In this document: piece after piece, positions 9,426-19,031 of the stretch
Layout of the letters: every line of letters begins with the position of its first letter
Position numbering within the stretch: position 1 is the stretch's first letter
Assembly: GCA_027315455.1 (NCBI GenBank)
Contig: DAHUXZ010000002.1
Span: 35,536 to 99,535, forward strand
Direction of reading: 5' to 3'
DNA: 64,000 nt
DNA from: Thermoplasmata archaeon
GTDB lineage: Archaea; Thermoplasmatota; Thermoplasmata; Lutacidiplasmatales; UBA184
Program-made: the position numbers and the translations under genes
Notes under the pieces: generated by a model
The model's database searches: none
The model's input: the letters and a program-made list of their open reading frames with translations, nothing else
What the model was told of the DNA's origin: nothing

Positions 9426-10406
9426 TCAGGTCTCGTTCGCCGGCGCGGCGGCGAGGGCCGCCGCCCCGATGACCGACGCGTGGTGGCGCAGCGCCGCGAG
9501 CGTCACCGTCACCGCGCGGGCCGCCGGCGGCTGGCACCGCTCGCTGACCGCCCCCGGCACGCCGAGGGTGAGCTCGGGCCAGTGGGCGAGAAGGCCGCCG
9601 CCGAGGACGAGCCGGTTCGGGTTGAAGGCGTTGACGAGCCCCACGGCGCCGCTCGCCAGCCACTCGGCGGTCTCGTTCGCGAGGCGCGTCGCGAGCGGAT
9701 CGCCGGCCCGAGCGAATGTCGCGACGGTCGCCGCGGTGATCGATTCGACGGTGCCAGCGGCCTCCACAAGCGGCCGTCCCCCGGCGGGGTCGTCCCGGAC
9801 AGCCTCCCGGGCCCGTTCGGCGATCGCCCATCCGCCGACGTAGGCCTCGAGGCATCCGCGGTTCGGGCAGTGGCACGGCCGCCCTCCGGCGACGAGCGTC
9901 GAATGCCCCACCTCGCCCGCGGCGAAGCGCGCGCCGCGCAGGAGCCGGCCATCAATGACGACCGCCCCCCCGACGCCGGTCCCGATGAACAGCCCGAGGA
10001 CTTCCCCGCCGCCGCGCCCGGCGCCGAATCGGCACTCTCCCCAGACCGCGGCGCGGACGTCGTTCTCGACCCGGACGGGGATCCCCAGCTCCTCGGCGAG
10101 ACGAGCGCCGAGGGGAACGTCCTTCCAGCGGAGGTTGGGGGCGTAGAGCACCGACCCGTCCCGTGGGTCGACCTGGGCGGCGACGGCGACGCCGGCCGCG
10201 ACCGGGTGGGCCGTGGGGCCCAGGCGGGCGATCCCCTCCCGGACCCGTTCGAGGACCTGCTCGAGCCCCTCGTTGGAGTGGACCACACGGTCGCTGTGCG
10301 CGAGGAGTCGCCCGTCGGGCGCCACGAGCCCCACGAGCACCTTGGTCGCGCCGATGTCGATGCCGAGGTAGGAAACGGGGCCCGAGGACGGATTCGGTCG
10401 GCTCAT
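9426..10406 (-). CDS. ROK-family glucokinase
   Basis: The internal ATG at 10406 gives MSRPN...YLGIDIGATKVLVGL (ATP-binding DxGxT). The ROK Cys/His motif is GRPCHCPNRGCLEAY. The upstream part of ORF 9426..10712 is R/S/P-rich junk. Confidence 0.8.
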   Translation of the reverse strand: MSRPNPSSGPVSYLGIDIGATKVLVGLVAPDGRLLAHSDRVVHSNEGLEQVLERVREGIARLGPTAHPVAAGVAVAAQVDPRDGSVLYAPNLRWKDVPLGARLAEELGIPVRVENDVRAAVWGECRFGAGRGGGEVLGLFIGTGVGGAVVIDGRLLRGARFAAGEVGHSTLVAGGRPCHCPNRGCLEAYVGGWAIAERAREAVRDDPAGGRPLVEAAGTVESITAATVATFARAGDPLATRLANETAEWLASGAVGLVNAFNPNRLVLGGGLLAHWPELTLGVPGAVSERCQPPAARAVTVTLAALRHHASVIGAAALAAAPANET

Positions 10407-10440
10407 TATGCCCGCGTCCCCCTCGCCGGCGTGCCGCCGC

Positions 10441-12306
10441 TCATTCCTCGCCCGGAGCCCCTCCGTGCACCACCCGTTGGTACTTGTGGACGACGTCCAC
10501 GTACGTCGAGTGTGACCACGTGAGCGGGGTCGCGCTGCGGGCCTCGCCGGTCGCGCTGTCGATCTGCTCCGGAAGGAGGAGCGTCGGGGTCGCGTGGGCC
10601 GCGGCCCACTCGATGAGTGACCGGCAGCGCTCCCGGTCGCCGAGCGCGAGCCGCGCCTCCGCGAGCCAGAGGGTGCAGACGATCCAGGGGTTCTCGCGGC
10701 CGTAGTACGCATCGCCCTCGTACCGGGCGAGTCCGCCGAGCGCCCCGTTCCAGAGCCGATGCTCGACGACGTCGACGGTCATCGAGTAGCGGGGGTCGCT
10801 CGGGGCGAGGAGGCCGAGCTTGAGCGCAAGGAGGACCGAGGCGTCGATCCGCTCCTCGCGCGGCTCGAGCGAGCGGACGAAACGGCCGAGCCCCTCGTCC
10901 CAGAACGCCGCCGAGACCGCGGCGCGCATCTCGCCCGCGGCCCGCTCCCAGGCCGCGGGGTCCTTGCCGAGCTCGGTCGCGATCCGCGCCGCCCGCTCGA
11001 GGGCATGGACGACCGCGGCCGTCGAGTAGAGATGGATCCCCTTGCGTTCCTCCCAGAGGTCGAAGGACGGGGCGGGGAGGCCCGTCGCGGGGTCGCGGAA
11101 CCCGGTGAGGAAGTGGGCGGCCCCCTTGACCATCGGCCAGAAGTCGAGGAGGATGTCCGGGTCGGCGCCGCGCTTGAAGTGGTGCCAGGTCGCCGCGATC
11201 ACCGTCGCGGTCTGGTCGATCTGGAGGAACGGCGGCGGGTGCCACGTGCTGCCGATCGCCCCGTCCGGGAAGTGGCGATGGAGGAAGGAGCCGTTGGGGC
11301 TCTGGCACCTCCGGGCAAAGGCGAGGAAGCGCTGGGCGTGCTCGAACAGCCCGGCCTCGTCCATCGCCTTGCTGACGTAGCCGCCGTCCCGCCACCAGCA
11401 GTAGTTGTAGGTGTCCCCGCCGATGACGAGGGACCGCGTGTCCGGAGACGCGATGATCGCGCCGTTGGTACCGGTCGCGTGGCGAAGGACGAGGACGCTC
11501 GACCGGTAGACCTCCCGGGCCCGGTCGGAGAGCCCGGGAGGGAGCCCGGGGAAGCGGCGCGTCGTCCAGGTCTTCCAGAAGGCGGCGGCCTCGCGCTCGA
11601 AGCGCGACGGCCCGCCGGTGCGGACGTACTCGCGGATCGTGCGGGTCGCCTCGAGGCCCTGGCCGATGGCAAGGAAGAGGCGCACCACCGCCGGGCGGCC
11701 CGGGGCCGGCTCGACGTCCCACTGCAGAACGCTGTCGGCCGCCCCGTGGGCGATCGTCCGCCCCTCGAGATGGCCGTCCTGGGCGTCGACGTAGGTCCCC
11801 TCGAGGCCCTTGAGCGTGTGCTCGCCGCAGGCTGCGGCCGTGTAGGCGGGCTCACTGAAGAACTCGAAGGAGTAGCCACGCGTGTCGTGGACGAGGGCCC
11901 GCGCCTCCGGGTCCACATACGCCGTCTCCTGGTAGATCGACTCCGCGATGCGCAGGGAGTGGTAGGCGAACAGGCGCAGCCGGCGCGGGCTGTCGGCCTC
12001 GACGGTGATGACGCGCACGATGAGGTCGTGGTTGGGATGGACATGGTCCTGGACGAGGACCGAGAGCCCGTGGCCGGTCCAGCGCGAGGTGGGGGAGTTC
12101 TCCTCTCCCGTGGCCTCCTGGTGGTTGAGGTAGCCGTTCCCTCCCCGGAGCCACGCGAAGCCGCGGGAATCGACGTCGAACAGGCCGAGCCGCATCTCGC
12201 GCAGGTGCTGGAACTGCCCCGGGTACGGGTAGAAGAGGTCGTTCCACTCCCCGTCGGCGTTGACGGTGAGAAGGATGCGACCGTTCCCGGTCAGCTGGGT
12301 GATCAC
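10441..12306 (-). CDS. GH15-family glycoside hydrolase (archaeal glucoamylase/trehalase-like)
   Basis: 621 aa. The N-terminus MITQLTGNGRILLTVNADGEWNDLFYPYPG and the central YNYCWWRDG motif are typical of archaeal GH15 enzymes. Confidence 0.75.
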   Translation of the reverse strand: MITQLTGNGRILLTVNADGEWNDLFYPYPGQFQHLREMRLGLFDVDSRGFAWLRGGNGYLNHQEATGEENSPTSRWTGHGLSVLVQDHVHPNHDLIVRVITVEADSPRRLRLFAYHSLRIAESIYQETAYVDPEARALVHDTRGYSFEFFSEPAYTAAACGEHTLKGLEGTYVDAQDGHLEGRTIAHGAADSVLQWDVEPAPGRPAVVRLFLAIGQGLEATRTIREYVRTGGPSRFEREAAAFWKTWTTRRFPGLPPGLSDRAREVYRSSVLVLRHATGTNGAIIASPDTRSLVIGGDTYNYCWWRDGGYVSKAMDEAGLFEHAQRFLAFARRCQSPNGSFLHRHFPDGAIGSTWHPPPFLQIDQTATVIAATWHHFKRGADPDILLDFWPMVKGAAHFLTGFRDPATGLPAPSFDLWEERKGIHLYSTAAVVHALERAARIATELGKDPAAWERAAGEMRAAVSAAFWDEGLGRFVRSLEPREERIDASVLLALKLGLLAPSDPRYSMTVDVVEHRLWNGALGGLARYEGDAYYGRENPWIVCTLWLAEARLALGDRERCRSLIEWAAAHATPTLLLPEQIDSATGEARSATPLTWSHSTYVDVVHKYQRVVHGGAPGEE

Positions 12307-12426
12307 GCGGCGACCCCTCCCGTCATCGGTGATGACCGTACCGGGCCACGGAAGACCCTTGCGCTGGACGGGAACGCCCCTTCCCCGTCGTGACGCGGAA
12401 CCCGAGTCCCACCGTGCTCCGTTCCC

Positions 12427-13605
12427 TCACCTCAGCCGCGCCAGGGCCCGCTGGCGGAGGTCGGTGAGGGCGTTCATGTAGTTGGCGTACGCATCGTACG
12501 GGCTCCCGTAGGAGCTGAAGTACTGGTGGACGCCGAGGTCGGCGCCGTGCCCGCTCACGTACATGTAATAGAAGTGGTCCGAGGTCAGGAGCTTCCGCCA
12601 GTCGCCCAGGATCGCCGCGTCCCCCGCGCGTCGGGCGAGCACCCCGACCTTCTTCGCGGCCTCGAAGGCGGAGCGCTGGAGGTCGTTGCCGAGCCACGCG
12701 CCGAGGTCGCGGTTCTGGTCCGCCCAGCTCACGGTGGTGGGCGCCGAGAGGGCATCCTTCGGGGGTAGGTCGATCGCCTCATCGACCGTCGCCCAGGAGA
12801 GGTTCGATTCCCGGGCGACGGCGCCGGGAAGCGCCCCGAGGAACTCCAGGATGCCCGTGTCGGCGCGGTGATGCTCGCCGAAGGTCTCGAAGTCCATGAA
12901 CAGCCCGAGCACCTCCCCCGGGGTGCGCGCGAGCCAGCCGGCGTACTTCTCGCTCGTGAGGGGGTACTCGTTCCAGCCGCGGGAGGAGAAACGGAACCCG
13001 ATGTCGTCGCTCAGCGGATAGTGGCGCAGGAGAAGCGACACGACCGGGGCGCTGGCCGAGCAGTAGACGGCGGTCGGGGGCTGGCCGAGGAGCATCCCCT
13101 CCCAGCCCTCGGCCAGCATCCCGCGGAACCGCTCGGACTCGGCGAACCGCGCGATCTCGTCCGAGTAGGCGAGCTCCGTCATCCGTAGGACCCGCGGCGC
13201 GGCCCCGAACCGCTCCGCCACCATGCGCCGGTGCTGGGCGACCTCCTCGGCGAGCTCCGGCGGGGGGAGGAGGAACGCGAGCGAATGGTAGTACGTCTCG
13301 GCGACGAGGGAGACGCGACCGGTCCGGACGAGCCGGCGCAGCCGCTCGAGCACGTCGGGCGCGGCCGCGTCCGCCTGCTCGACGAACGTCCCGGTGACCG
13401 ACAGGCTCAGCCGGAACTCCGGATATCTCTCGAGCGACTGCGCGAGCCGGTCGAGGGCGGGTCGGTAGCATCGCTCCGCGATGCCCCGGAAGAGCTCGAG
13501 GTTGCGGGCCTCATCGAAGTACGGCCGGCCCGAGCCGAGGTCCAGGTAGCGAAAGCGCGCGAGCCGCCACGGCTGGTGGAGGTGGAGATAGAGGACGATC
13601 TTCAT
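12427..13605 (-). CDS. GH57-family glycoside hydrolase (alpha-amylase-like)
   Basis: ATG at 13605 gives MKIVLYLHLHQPWRL, the canonical GH57 N-terminal motif. The upstream extension of ORF 12427..13815 is low-complexity. Confidence 0.75.
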   Translation of the reverse strand: MKIVLYLHLHQPWRLARFRYLDLGSGRPYFDEARNLELFRGIAERCYRPALDRLAQSLERYPEFRLSLSVTGTFVEQADAAAPDVLERLRRLVRTGRVSLVAETYYHSLAFLLPPPELAEEVAQHRRMVAERFGAAPRVLRMTELAYSDEIARFAESERFRGMLAEGWEGMLLGQPPTAVYCSASAPVVSLLLRHYPLSDDIGFRFSSRGWNEYPLTSEKYAGWLARTPGEVLGLFMDFETFGEHHRADTGILEFLGALPGAVARESNLSWATVDEAIDLPPKDALSAPTTVSWADQNRDLGAWLGNDLQRSAFEAAKKVGVLARRAGDAAILGDWRKLLTSDHFYYMYVSGHGADLGVHQYFSSYGSPYDAYANYMNALTDLRQRALARLR

Positions 13606-13845
13606 CCGTCCCTCCGCAACCCTCCGGGCCGATCGCGCCGCCCGGGATCCACCCCACCCCGCGCGCCCGCCGCCGGGGCCGGCCCGCGCGCCGCGCCGCG
13701 AACATGAACGGTGTCCATCGCTCCCCTGGGCCGCCGGGCGGGGCGGTCCCGATGCCGCGGGACGGTCCCCCGGCTTAAAGGGAATCGGTCGAAGCGCTTT
13801 GGCGCGGTGGGACACGGCGCGCGCCGGCCGAAAGGGACACGGACG

Positions 13846-15009
13846 CTACGATGACGGGGGGACGGGGACGTCGGACCCCTCGAGCCACCCGAGGAGCACC
13901 TCCGCGTAGACCCCCACGGTCTGGATCGCCCGTTCCGGCCAGCCTTCCTTGAGCGACTCCCAGCGGCCGGCATCGCCCATCGCGTGCCGGAGGACCGGAT
14001 AGTTCAGGAGCTCGGCGATCCGGCTCGCGAACTCCTCCACGTCCCAGAAATCGACCGCGAAGAGGCTGTGCGCGATCTCCGCGACGCCGCTCGTTTTCGA
14101 GACGATCACGGGGACCCCCGCGGCCATCGCCTCCAGCGCCGCGATCCCGAACGGCTCGACGACCGAAGGGAGCACGAAGACCGACGCCGAGGCGAGCAGG
14201 ACCGCCCGCTCCTCCTCGGTGACGTGGCCGAGGAAGAGGACGTGGTCGGCGACGCCGAGGTGCGCGGCGAGGGTGAGGAGCCGGGGATACTCCGGTCCGT
14301 CCCCGGCGACGACGAACAGCACGTCCGGCGCCGTCGGGGAGACGCGCGCCGCGGCGCGCAGGAAGGTGTCCACCCCCTTCATCGCCGCGAGTCGGCCCAG
14401 ATAGAGGACGGTCCGCTTCGCCTCCTCGAGGGCTGCAAGGCGATCGGGCGGCCGGACGGCGTTGTAGATCACCCGGACCCGCCGGGGGTCGGCGTGGTAG
14501 CGACGGATGAGCTGCTGGCGGAGGTGTTGGCTCACCGCGATGACCCGGGCCGCGTGATCGATCCCGTACTGCTCGCGCTCGAGGATGCGCGTCCATGGGT
14601 GGTCGAGCGAACGGTCGTATTCCGTCGAGTGGATCGTCAGGACGAGGGGCGTGCCCAGCCGGCGGGCGAGCGCGGTGGCCCCGACGGTGCCGAACCAGTC
14701 GTGGACGTGCACGATGTCCACGGGACCGAGGCCCGAGAGCCCTCCGACCCACGCGTTGTAGCCGTCCATCGCATCGCGGAACGGGCTCTCCGACAGCTCC
14801 CCGGACCAGTAGGCGGGGGGGTAGCGGTCTCCCGGGGCCTTCGCGTCACCCGGGAACCGGAACTCGACGCCCTCCACGGGAGTGAACGGTCCCGAGAAGG
14901 GGGTGAGGAAGGTCACCCGGTGGCCCATCCGGGTCAGCTCCCGCGTCAGCTCGAGGGAGTGCACCCCGAGACCCCCGGTGTGGTGGGGAGGGAACTCCCA
15001 CCCCACCAT
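13846..15009 (-). CDS. glgA: glycogen synthase-type glycosyltransferase (GT-B fold)
   Basis: ATG at 15009 gives MVGWEFPPHHTGGLGVHSLELTRELTRMGHRVTFLTP, the archaeal glycogen synthase N-terminus. The C-terminal motif is EPFGIAALEAMAAGVPVI. The 117 upstream codons of the ORF have lower third-position GC and P/R-rich composition. Confidence 0.75.
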   Translation of the reverse strand: MVGWEFPPHHTGGLGVHSLELTRELTRMGHRVTFLTPFSGPFTPVEGVEFRFPGDAKAPGDRYPPAYWSGELSESPFRDAMDGYNAWVGGLSGLGPVDIVHVHDWFGTVGATALARRLGTPLVLTIHSTEYDRSLDHPWTRILEREQYGIDHAARVIAVSQHLRQQLIRRYHADPRRVRVIYNAVRPPDRLAALEEAKRTVLYLGRLAAMKGVDTFLRAAARVSPTAPDVLFVVAGDGPEYPRLLTLAAHLGVADHVLFLGHVTEEERAVLLASASVFVLPSVVEPFGIAALEAMAAGVPVIVSKTSGVAEIAHSLFAVDFWDVEEFASRIAELLNYPVLRHAMGDAGRWESLKEGWPERAIQTVGVYAEVLLGWLEGSDVPVPPSS

Positions 15010-15381
15010 GACGATCCGAAGCCCCCGAAGCGAACGCGATGGACCGGGCCCGGCGCGGACCGGGGGACGGCTCCAGGAGAGCCCGCGGGATAGAGCCTCA
15101 AGCTCGGCGCGTGAGCGTTTCGACGCACGGGGAGAGGGCGGTCGACGGGCGGAGGAGCTCCCACCGGCCGGCCGGGGCCGCGCCCGGGGTCGCGGCCGCC
15201 CCCGACCCGCGCGTCGGCCGGGTCCGTCGGGCGGACGACGGGCCTGCGGTCGGTGCGCCGCGCCGGCGGCCGGGGGGTGATCGACGGCGGGAGGAGGGGG
15301 TTCCGGTGAACGCGTTCGCATAAGATCCCGCCGGGGCGCAGTTCGCGCCGGGTCAAACACTTGGCGATGTCCGTCGCGAAC

Positions 15382-16089
15382 CTAGCGGAACCCGCGCAGG
15401 AGCTCGCGGATCGCCACGCCCGGCTGCGGCGAACGGGTGACCGCGCTCGCGACGAGGACCCCGGAGCTACCGAGTTCCAGGGCTCGTCGGACATCGGTCG
15501 CGTCGTGGACCCCGGCCCCGCAAAGCACCCGGGTCCGCGGAGAGCGCTGTTCGACTGCCGTGACGGTCCCCGCCACTACCTCCGGCCGGGTCGTCGAGAC
15601 CGCCCGGCTTCCTCCGATGAGCTCCGGTGGCTCGACGGCCAGGTAGGGAGGCCGGTACGCGGCGAGGCGGCGCGCGTCGGGGATGTCGCGCGCACAGACC
15701 ACGGGGACGAGCCCGATCCCGACCAGGCGGGCCACGATCTGGCCGGCCTCGGCGAGCGGGACGCGATGCTCGGAGTGGTTCACCAGGCTGCCTCGGGCCC
15801 CGCTCGCGGCGACCGCCTCGGCGGCCACGGCACCGGTGTGTGCCCCCGCCTCGACCGGGTCCGTGTGCTGGGCGAGGACCGGGAGCGACAGGAACCGGGC
15901 CAGGAGCCCGACGTCGGTCGGTGCCGGAGCGATGGCGACGGCGACCCCGGACTCGCGGCCGGCGCGCTCCAAGAGGCGTCCGAGGCGCAGGGCGTCCGGG
16001 CCGAGACAGCCGGGATACGCCTTGAGGTTGAGGAGGAACAGCGGGGCCCCGAGCGGGGCGCCGCTAGTGGCCCGGGCTCGCGGCGGCAC
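15382..16089 (-). CDS. tpiA: triosephosphate isomerase (archaeal type)
   Basis: Motifs LFLLNLKAY, GSLVNHSEHR, AVEPPELIGG and GAGV. No ATG lies near the conserved N-terminus. The in-frame GTG at 16089 is the nearest canonical start and gives 235 aa. Confidence 0.8.
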   Translation of the reverse strand: MPPRARATSGAPLGAPLFLLNLKAYPGCLGPDALRLGRLLERAGRESGVAVAIAPAPTDVGLLARFLSLPVLAQHTDPVEAGAHTGAVAAEAVAASGARGSLVNHSEHRVPLAEAGQIVARLVGIGLVPVVCARDIPDARRLAAYRPPYLAVEPPELIGGSRAVSTTRPEVVAGTVTAVEQRSPRTRVLCGAGVHDATDVRRALELGSSGVLVASAVTRSPQPGVAIRELLRGFR

Positions 16090-16288
16090 GGGGGCGCTTC
16101 GGCCGGGAGCAGATCGCGTACTCGTCACCGTCAAAGAAGACCTCGCGGTCCGGGTGCTTGCGCTGGAGGTCCGAGATCTTGGCGAGAACGTCCTCGAGCG
16201 TCGTGGTCTCATCGTTCGGGTCGATGCGCAGATGGACCGTCTTCTCGAGCTTCTCGTGCGTGCGTCCCGTCTCCCCCATGGCCCGCAA
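16064..16288 (-). CDS. small conserved-looking hypothetical protein (74 aa)
   Basis: The K/E/D-rich, protein-like sequence (THEKLEKTVHLRIDPNDETTTLEDVLAKISDLQRKHPDREVFFDGDEYAICS) contrasts with the R/P/G junk of shadow ORFs. A T-rich box (complement of 16316-16322) lies about 30 nt upstream. The 3' end overlaps the proposed tpiA start by 26 nt. Confidence 0.55.
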   Translation of the reverse strand: MRAMGETGRTHEKLEKTVHLRIDPNDETTTLEDVLAKISDLQRKHPDREVFFDGDEYAICSRPKRPRAAASPGH

Positions 16289-16388
16289 GCGCGCTCGCCC
16301 TACGGGGAGGGTCCCTAAAAAAGGGCACGTCCGGGCCCGGACGGCGAGCGCTTATCTGCCGAACCCCCCATCGCGCGCGCACGCGCCC

Positions 16389-16667
16389 ATGAAGGACCGC
16401 AGCGACCTCAACCGGATCGTCGTCAACCAGACCCGCGTGATCCTGACCCGCGATCTCTCGGTCATGAACCCGAACCTCGTCGAAGGAGCGCAGGGTCTCG
16501 TCATCGGCACCCTCGCGAACTACACCCTCAAGGTCGCCTTTCCCAAGGTCACCGTCGGGGTGAACTGGAAGGACTGCGAAGTCCTCGAGGGGAAGACCGG
16601 CATGCCGACCGACGCCGAGCAGCCCAAGTCCATCCCGAAGCCGAAGCAGATCTCGGACGACGAGTAG
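16389..16667 (+). CDS. hypothetical small protein (92 aa)
   Basis: ATG at 16389 lies inside ORF 16158..16667. The composition is protein-like (MKDRSDLNRIVVNQTRVILTRDL...KVAFPKVTVGVNWKDCEVLEG). It is divergent from the 16288 gene, and a TATA-like GCTTATCT lies about 38 nt upstream. Confidence 0.55.
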   Translation: MKDRSDLNRIVVNQTRVILTRDLSVMNPNLVEGAQGLVIGTLANYTLKVAFPKVTVGVNWKDCEVLEGKTGMPTDAEQPKSIPKPKQISDDE

Positions 16668-16692
16668 CCGGGCCACCGGGGAGTCGGCGCGG

Positions 16693-17958
16693 ATGGCCGG
16701 CCCGCATCCGGAGGGGATCGCCTTCCGCGACCGCATCGGGACCCCGCTCGTCGGGGATGCGCCCCGCCTCCTCTTGCTCGGCAGCGGCGAGCTCGGGCGC
16801 GAGATCGCCCTGGAAGCGATGCGGCTGGGAGCCGAGGTGATCGCCGTCGACCGCTACCCGAACGCGCCCGCGATGCAGCTGGCGCACCGGGCCCACGTCG
16901 TCCCGATGACCGACGCGGCGGCCCTGCGCGCGCTCGTCGAGCGGGAGCGCCCGGACGTCATCGTGCCCGAGATCGAGCAGATCGCGACCGAGGAGCTCGT
17001 CCGGCTCGAGGCCGAGGGTTGGCCCGTCATCCCGTCGGCCACGGCGACCCGCGCGACGATGGACCGGGAGCGGATCCGTCGCCTCGCCCACGAGCGCGCC
17101 CGGGTCCCCACGTCCCGCTTCGCCTTCTCCGATACCCTCGAGGAAGCGCGCGCCGCGTCGCGGGGGATCGGCTTTCCCGTGATCTTCAAGGCGATCACCT
17201 CGAGCTCCGGCCACGGCATGACGGTCGTCCGCTCGGCGGAGGAGGTGGACCGGGCCTACCGCGCCGCCGCCGAGGGGGGTCGCGTCGCGAACCCCCGGGT
17301 CATGATCGAAGAGCTCGTCCGCTTCGACAGCGAGGTGACGGTGCTTACCCTGCGCCACTACGGCCCCGGGGGGACCGTCGGGACCTCGGTGATGGCGCCC
17401 GTCGCCCACCTTCGACCCGGGACGCTCTACCACGAGAGCTGGCAACCCGCCGCCCTTCCCGAGACCGTCGTCCGCGCGCTCGAGGCGGTCGCCCGCAAGG
17501 TCACGACCGAGCTCGGGGGCCTGGGCCTCTTCGGGGTCGAGTGCTTCGTGCGCGGCACGGACGTCCTCTTCAGCGAGGTCTCCCCCCGACCGCACGACAC
17601 GGGTCTCGTCACCCTCGGCAGCCAGTGGAACAGCGAGTTCGCGCTCCATGCGCGGGCGATCCTGGGACTCCCCTACGTCGGGCCCGAGCCGGTCGTCCCG
17701 GCGGCCGCGCACGTCATCCTCTCGCCCCGGGAGGGGTCGGCGCCGACCTTCGGCGGCCTTGCGACGGCGCTCTCGCCACCGGGAGTGCGGCTGTACCTTT
17801 TCGCGAAGCCGGAAGCCTACCCCGAACGACGGCTCGGCGTCGCCGTCGCTCGCGGCCCGGACATCAATACGGCCCGGGCGCTCGCCGCGACGGCGGCCCA
17901 CCGCATCGAGGCGGAGATCGGCTACGAGCGGCCGGCGCCGGCCGGTACCCGCCACTGA
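16693..17958 (+). CDS. purT: formate-dependent phosphoribosylglycinamide formyltransferase (GAR transformylase 2)
   Basis: Near-collinear to PurT: LLLGSGELGREIALEAMRLGAEVIAVDRYPNAPAMQLAH, VPEIEQIAT, FSEVSPRPHDTG, RLGVA. Confidence 0.9.
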   Translation: MAGPHPEGIAFRDRIGTPLVGDAPRLLLLGSGELGREIALEAMRLGAEVIAVDRYPNAPAMQLAHRAHVVPMTDAAALRALVERERPDVIVPEIEQIATEELVRLEAEGWPVIPSATATRATMDRERIRRLAHERARVPTSRFAFSDTLEEARAASRGIGFPVIFKAITSSSGHGMTVVRSAEEVDRAYRAAAEGGRVANPRVMIEELVRFDSEVTVLTLRHYGPGGTVGTSVMAPVAHLRPGTLYHESWQPAALPETVVRALEAVARKVTTELGGLGLFGVECFVRGTDVLFSEVSPRPHDTGLVTLGSQWNSEFALHARAILGLPYVGPEPVVPAAAHVILSPREGSAPTFGGLATALSPPGVRLYLFAKPEAYPERRLGVAVARGPDINTARALAATAAHRIEAEIGYERPAPAGTRH

Positions 17959-18041
17959 GCCGACGGCCCGGCCGACGCTGACGCGTTCCCGGAGCCGGCC
18001 CGCGCTCTCGAGGCACGGTCCATGGCCAAGGCATAAGCCTC

Positions 18042-18977
18042 GTGAGCCGCTGGCTCGCGGACGAGATGGGACCCGCCGCCCGCCGCGCGACCTCCATCGT
18101 GGAACGCCGCGCGCTCGAGCCGATCGTCGCGTACGGCGCGCGGATGAGCTGGGTCGGGTGCCGTCGACCCGGGGACCGTTTCCCGCGCGCCCATCGCAGC
18201 GGCCTTGCGACGCTCCGGTCCGGGAGCGGCCCCCCCCTCCAACGGCAGTTCGGGGCGTGGTCGGCCGCCTATCGGCGGTTCACGCTCAATCTGAGCTCTC
18301 CGCAGGTCGTGGTCCGGACCACCGAGACACGGGCGGCCCCGGGCGCGGGTCCCGTGGCCGTGGTCCACTGGATCTCACGACACGATCTCCTCCGCACGGA
18401 CCGGGGGGGAGCGTGCCGGGGCGACGGCTGGCCGATGCCGCTCTGGGAGCGTTTCGTCTCCCGGCGGGCCTCGCTTCCCGGTGCCGGCGTGGGCGAGCAG
18501 CTCCGGGCCTACGCCGAGTCCGGGTGGGATGAGGCCGTTCCGGTCATCGCGCAGTGGCGCCGGTGGGTACGAGGGGACCCGCCGCGAACCCCCGCTCTCC
18601 CGGCGACCGCCGGGTGGCTCCCGCTCCCGGCCCGGATCGAGACGCCCGAGGGCCCGGGGGTCGGCATCGTCTCGTGGTCCCCGTATCCGCTGCGCTTTGG
18701 CTCCCTCCGCGAGGCGCTCGCGTCGCCGGAGGCGGCCGCGCTCGGCGTGGACGCGGCGGCCCAGGCCCGCTACTACATCGAGTGCCGCCTCGCGCGGCTG
18801 CACGGGGTCCGGTTCGGCCGCTACGACTCGGTCGTCGACCGGGCGTACGAACGGAGGGTGCGGGTGCGACGGCTCGCCATCGACCTAGAGACGGAGGAGC
18901 GATCCCGCGCGAGGGGCGAAGCCGCCGGCCGGTGGGGACGGGCCGCGGAACGCCCCCGCGCCTTACGACCGGAGTAG
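18042..18977 (+). CDS. hypothetical protein (Trp-rich, 311 aa)
   Basis: ATG start and very high third-position GC throughout. I recognise no family. Confidence 0.5.
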   Translation: MSRWLADEMGPAARRATSIVERRALEPIVAYGARMSWVGCRRPGDRFPRAHRSGLATLRSGSGPPLQRQFGAWSAAYRRFTLNLSSPQVVVRTTETRAAPGAGPVAVVHWISRHDLLRTDRGGACRGDGWPMPLWERFVSRRASLPGAGVGEQLRAYAESGWDEAVPVIAQWRRWVRGDPPRTPALPATAGWLPLPARIETPEGPGVGIVSWSPYPLRFGSLREALASPEAAALGVDAAAQARYYIECRLARLHGVRFGRYDSVVDRAYERRVRVRRLAIDLETEERSRARGEAAGRWGRAAERPRALRPE

Positions 18978-19003
18978 GCCGGTCCAAAAAATTAGGGCTA
19001 CCC

Positions 19004-19010
19004 TTATATT
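19004..19010 (+). promoter_or_regulatory. TATA box (TTATATT) upstream of DtxR-family gene
   Basis: Lies 28 nt upstream of ATG 19032 and is preceded by an A6 tract (18986-18991). This implies a leaderless transcript. Confidence 0.5.
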
Positions 19011-19031
19011 GAACCGTTCGCTCGGTCCGCC

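Noticed and set aside
9426-10712. N-terminal extensions of track ORFs: 9426..10712, 12427..13815, 13846..15360, 20557..21873, 29049..30482, 38001..41087, 51870..53171, 55077..56327, 57887..59035.
   Set aside because: Family homology starts at an internal ATG or GTG. The upstream portions have junk composition or lower third-position GC, and often overlap the neighbouring gene or promoter. Shorter starts were used.
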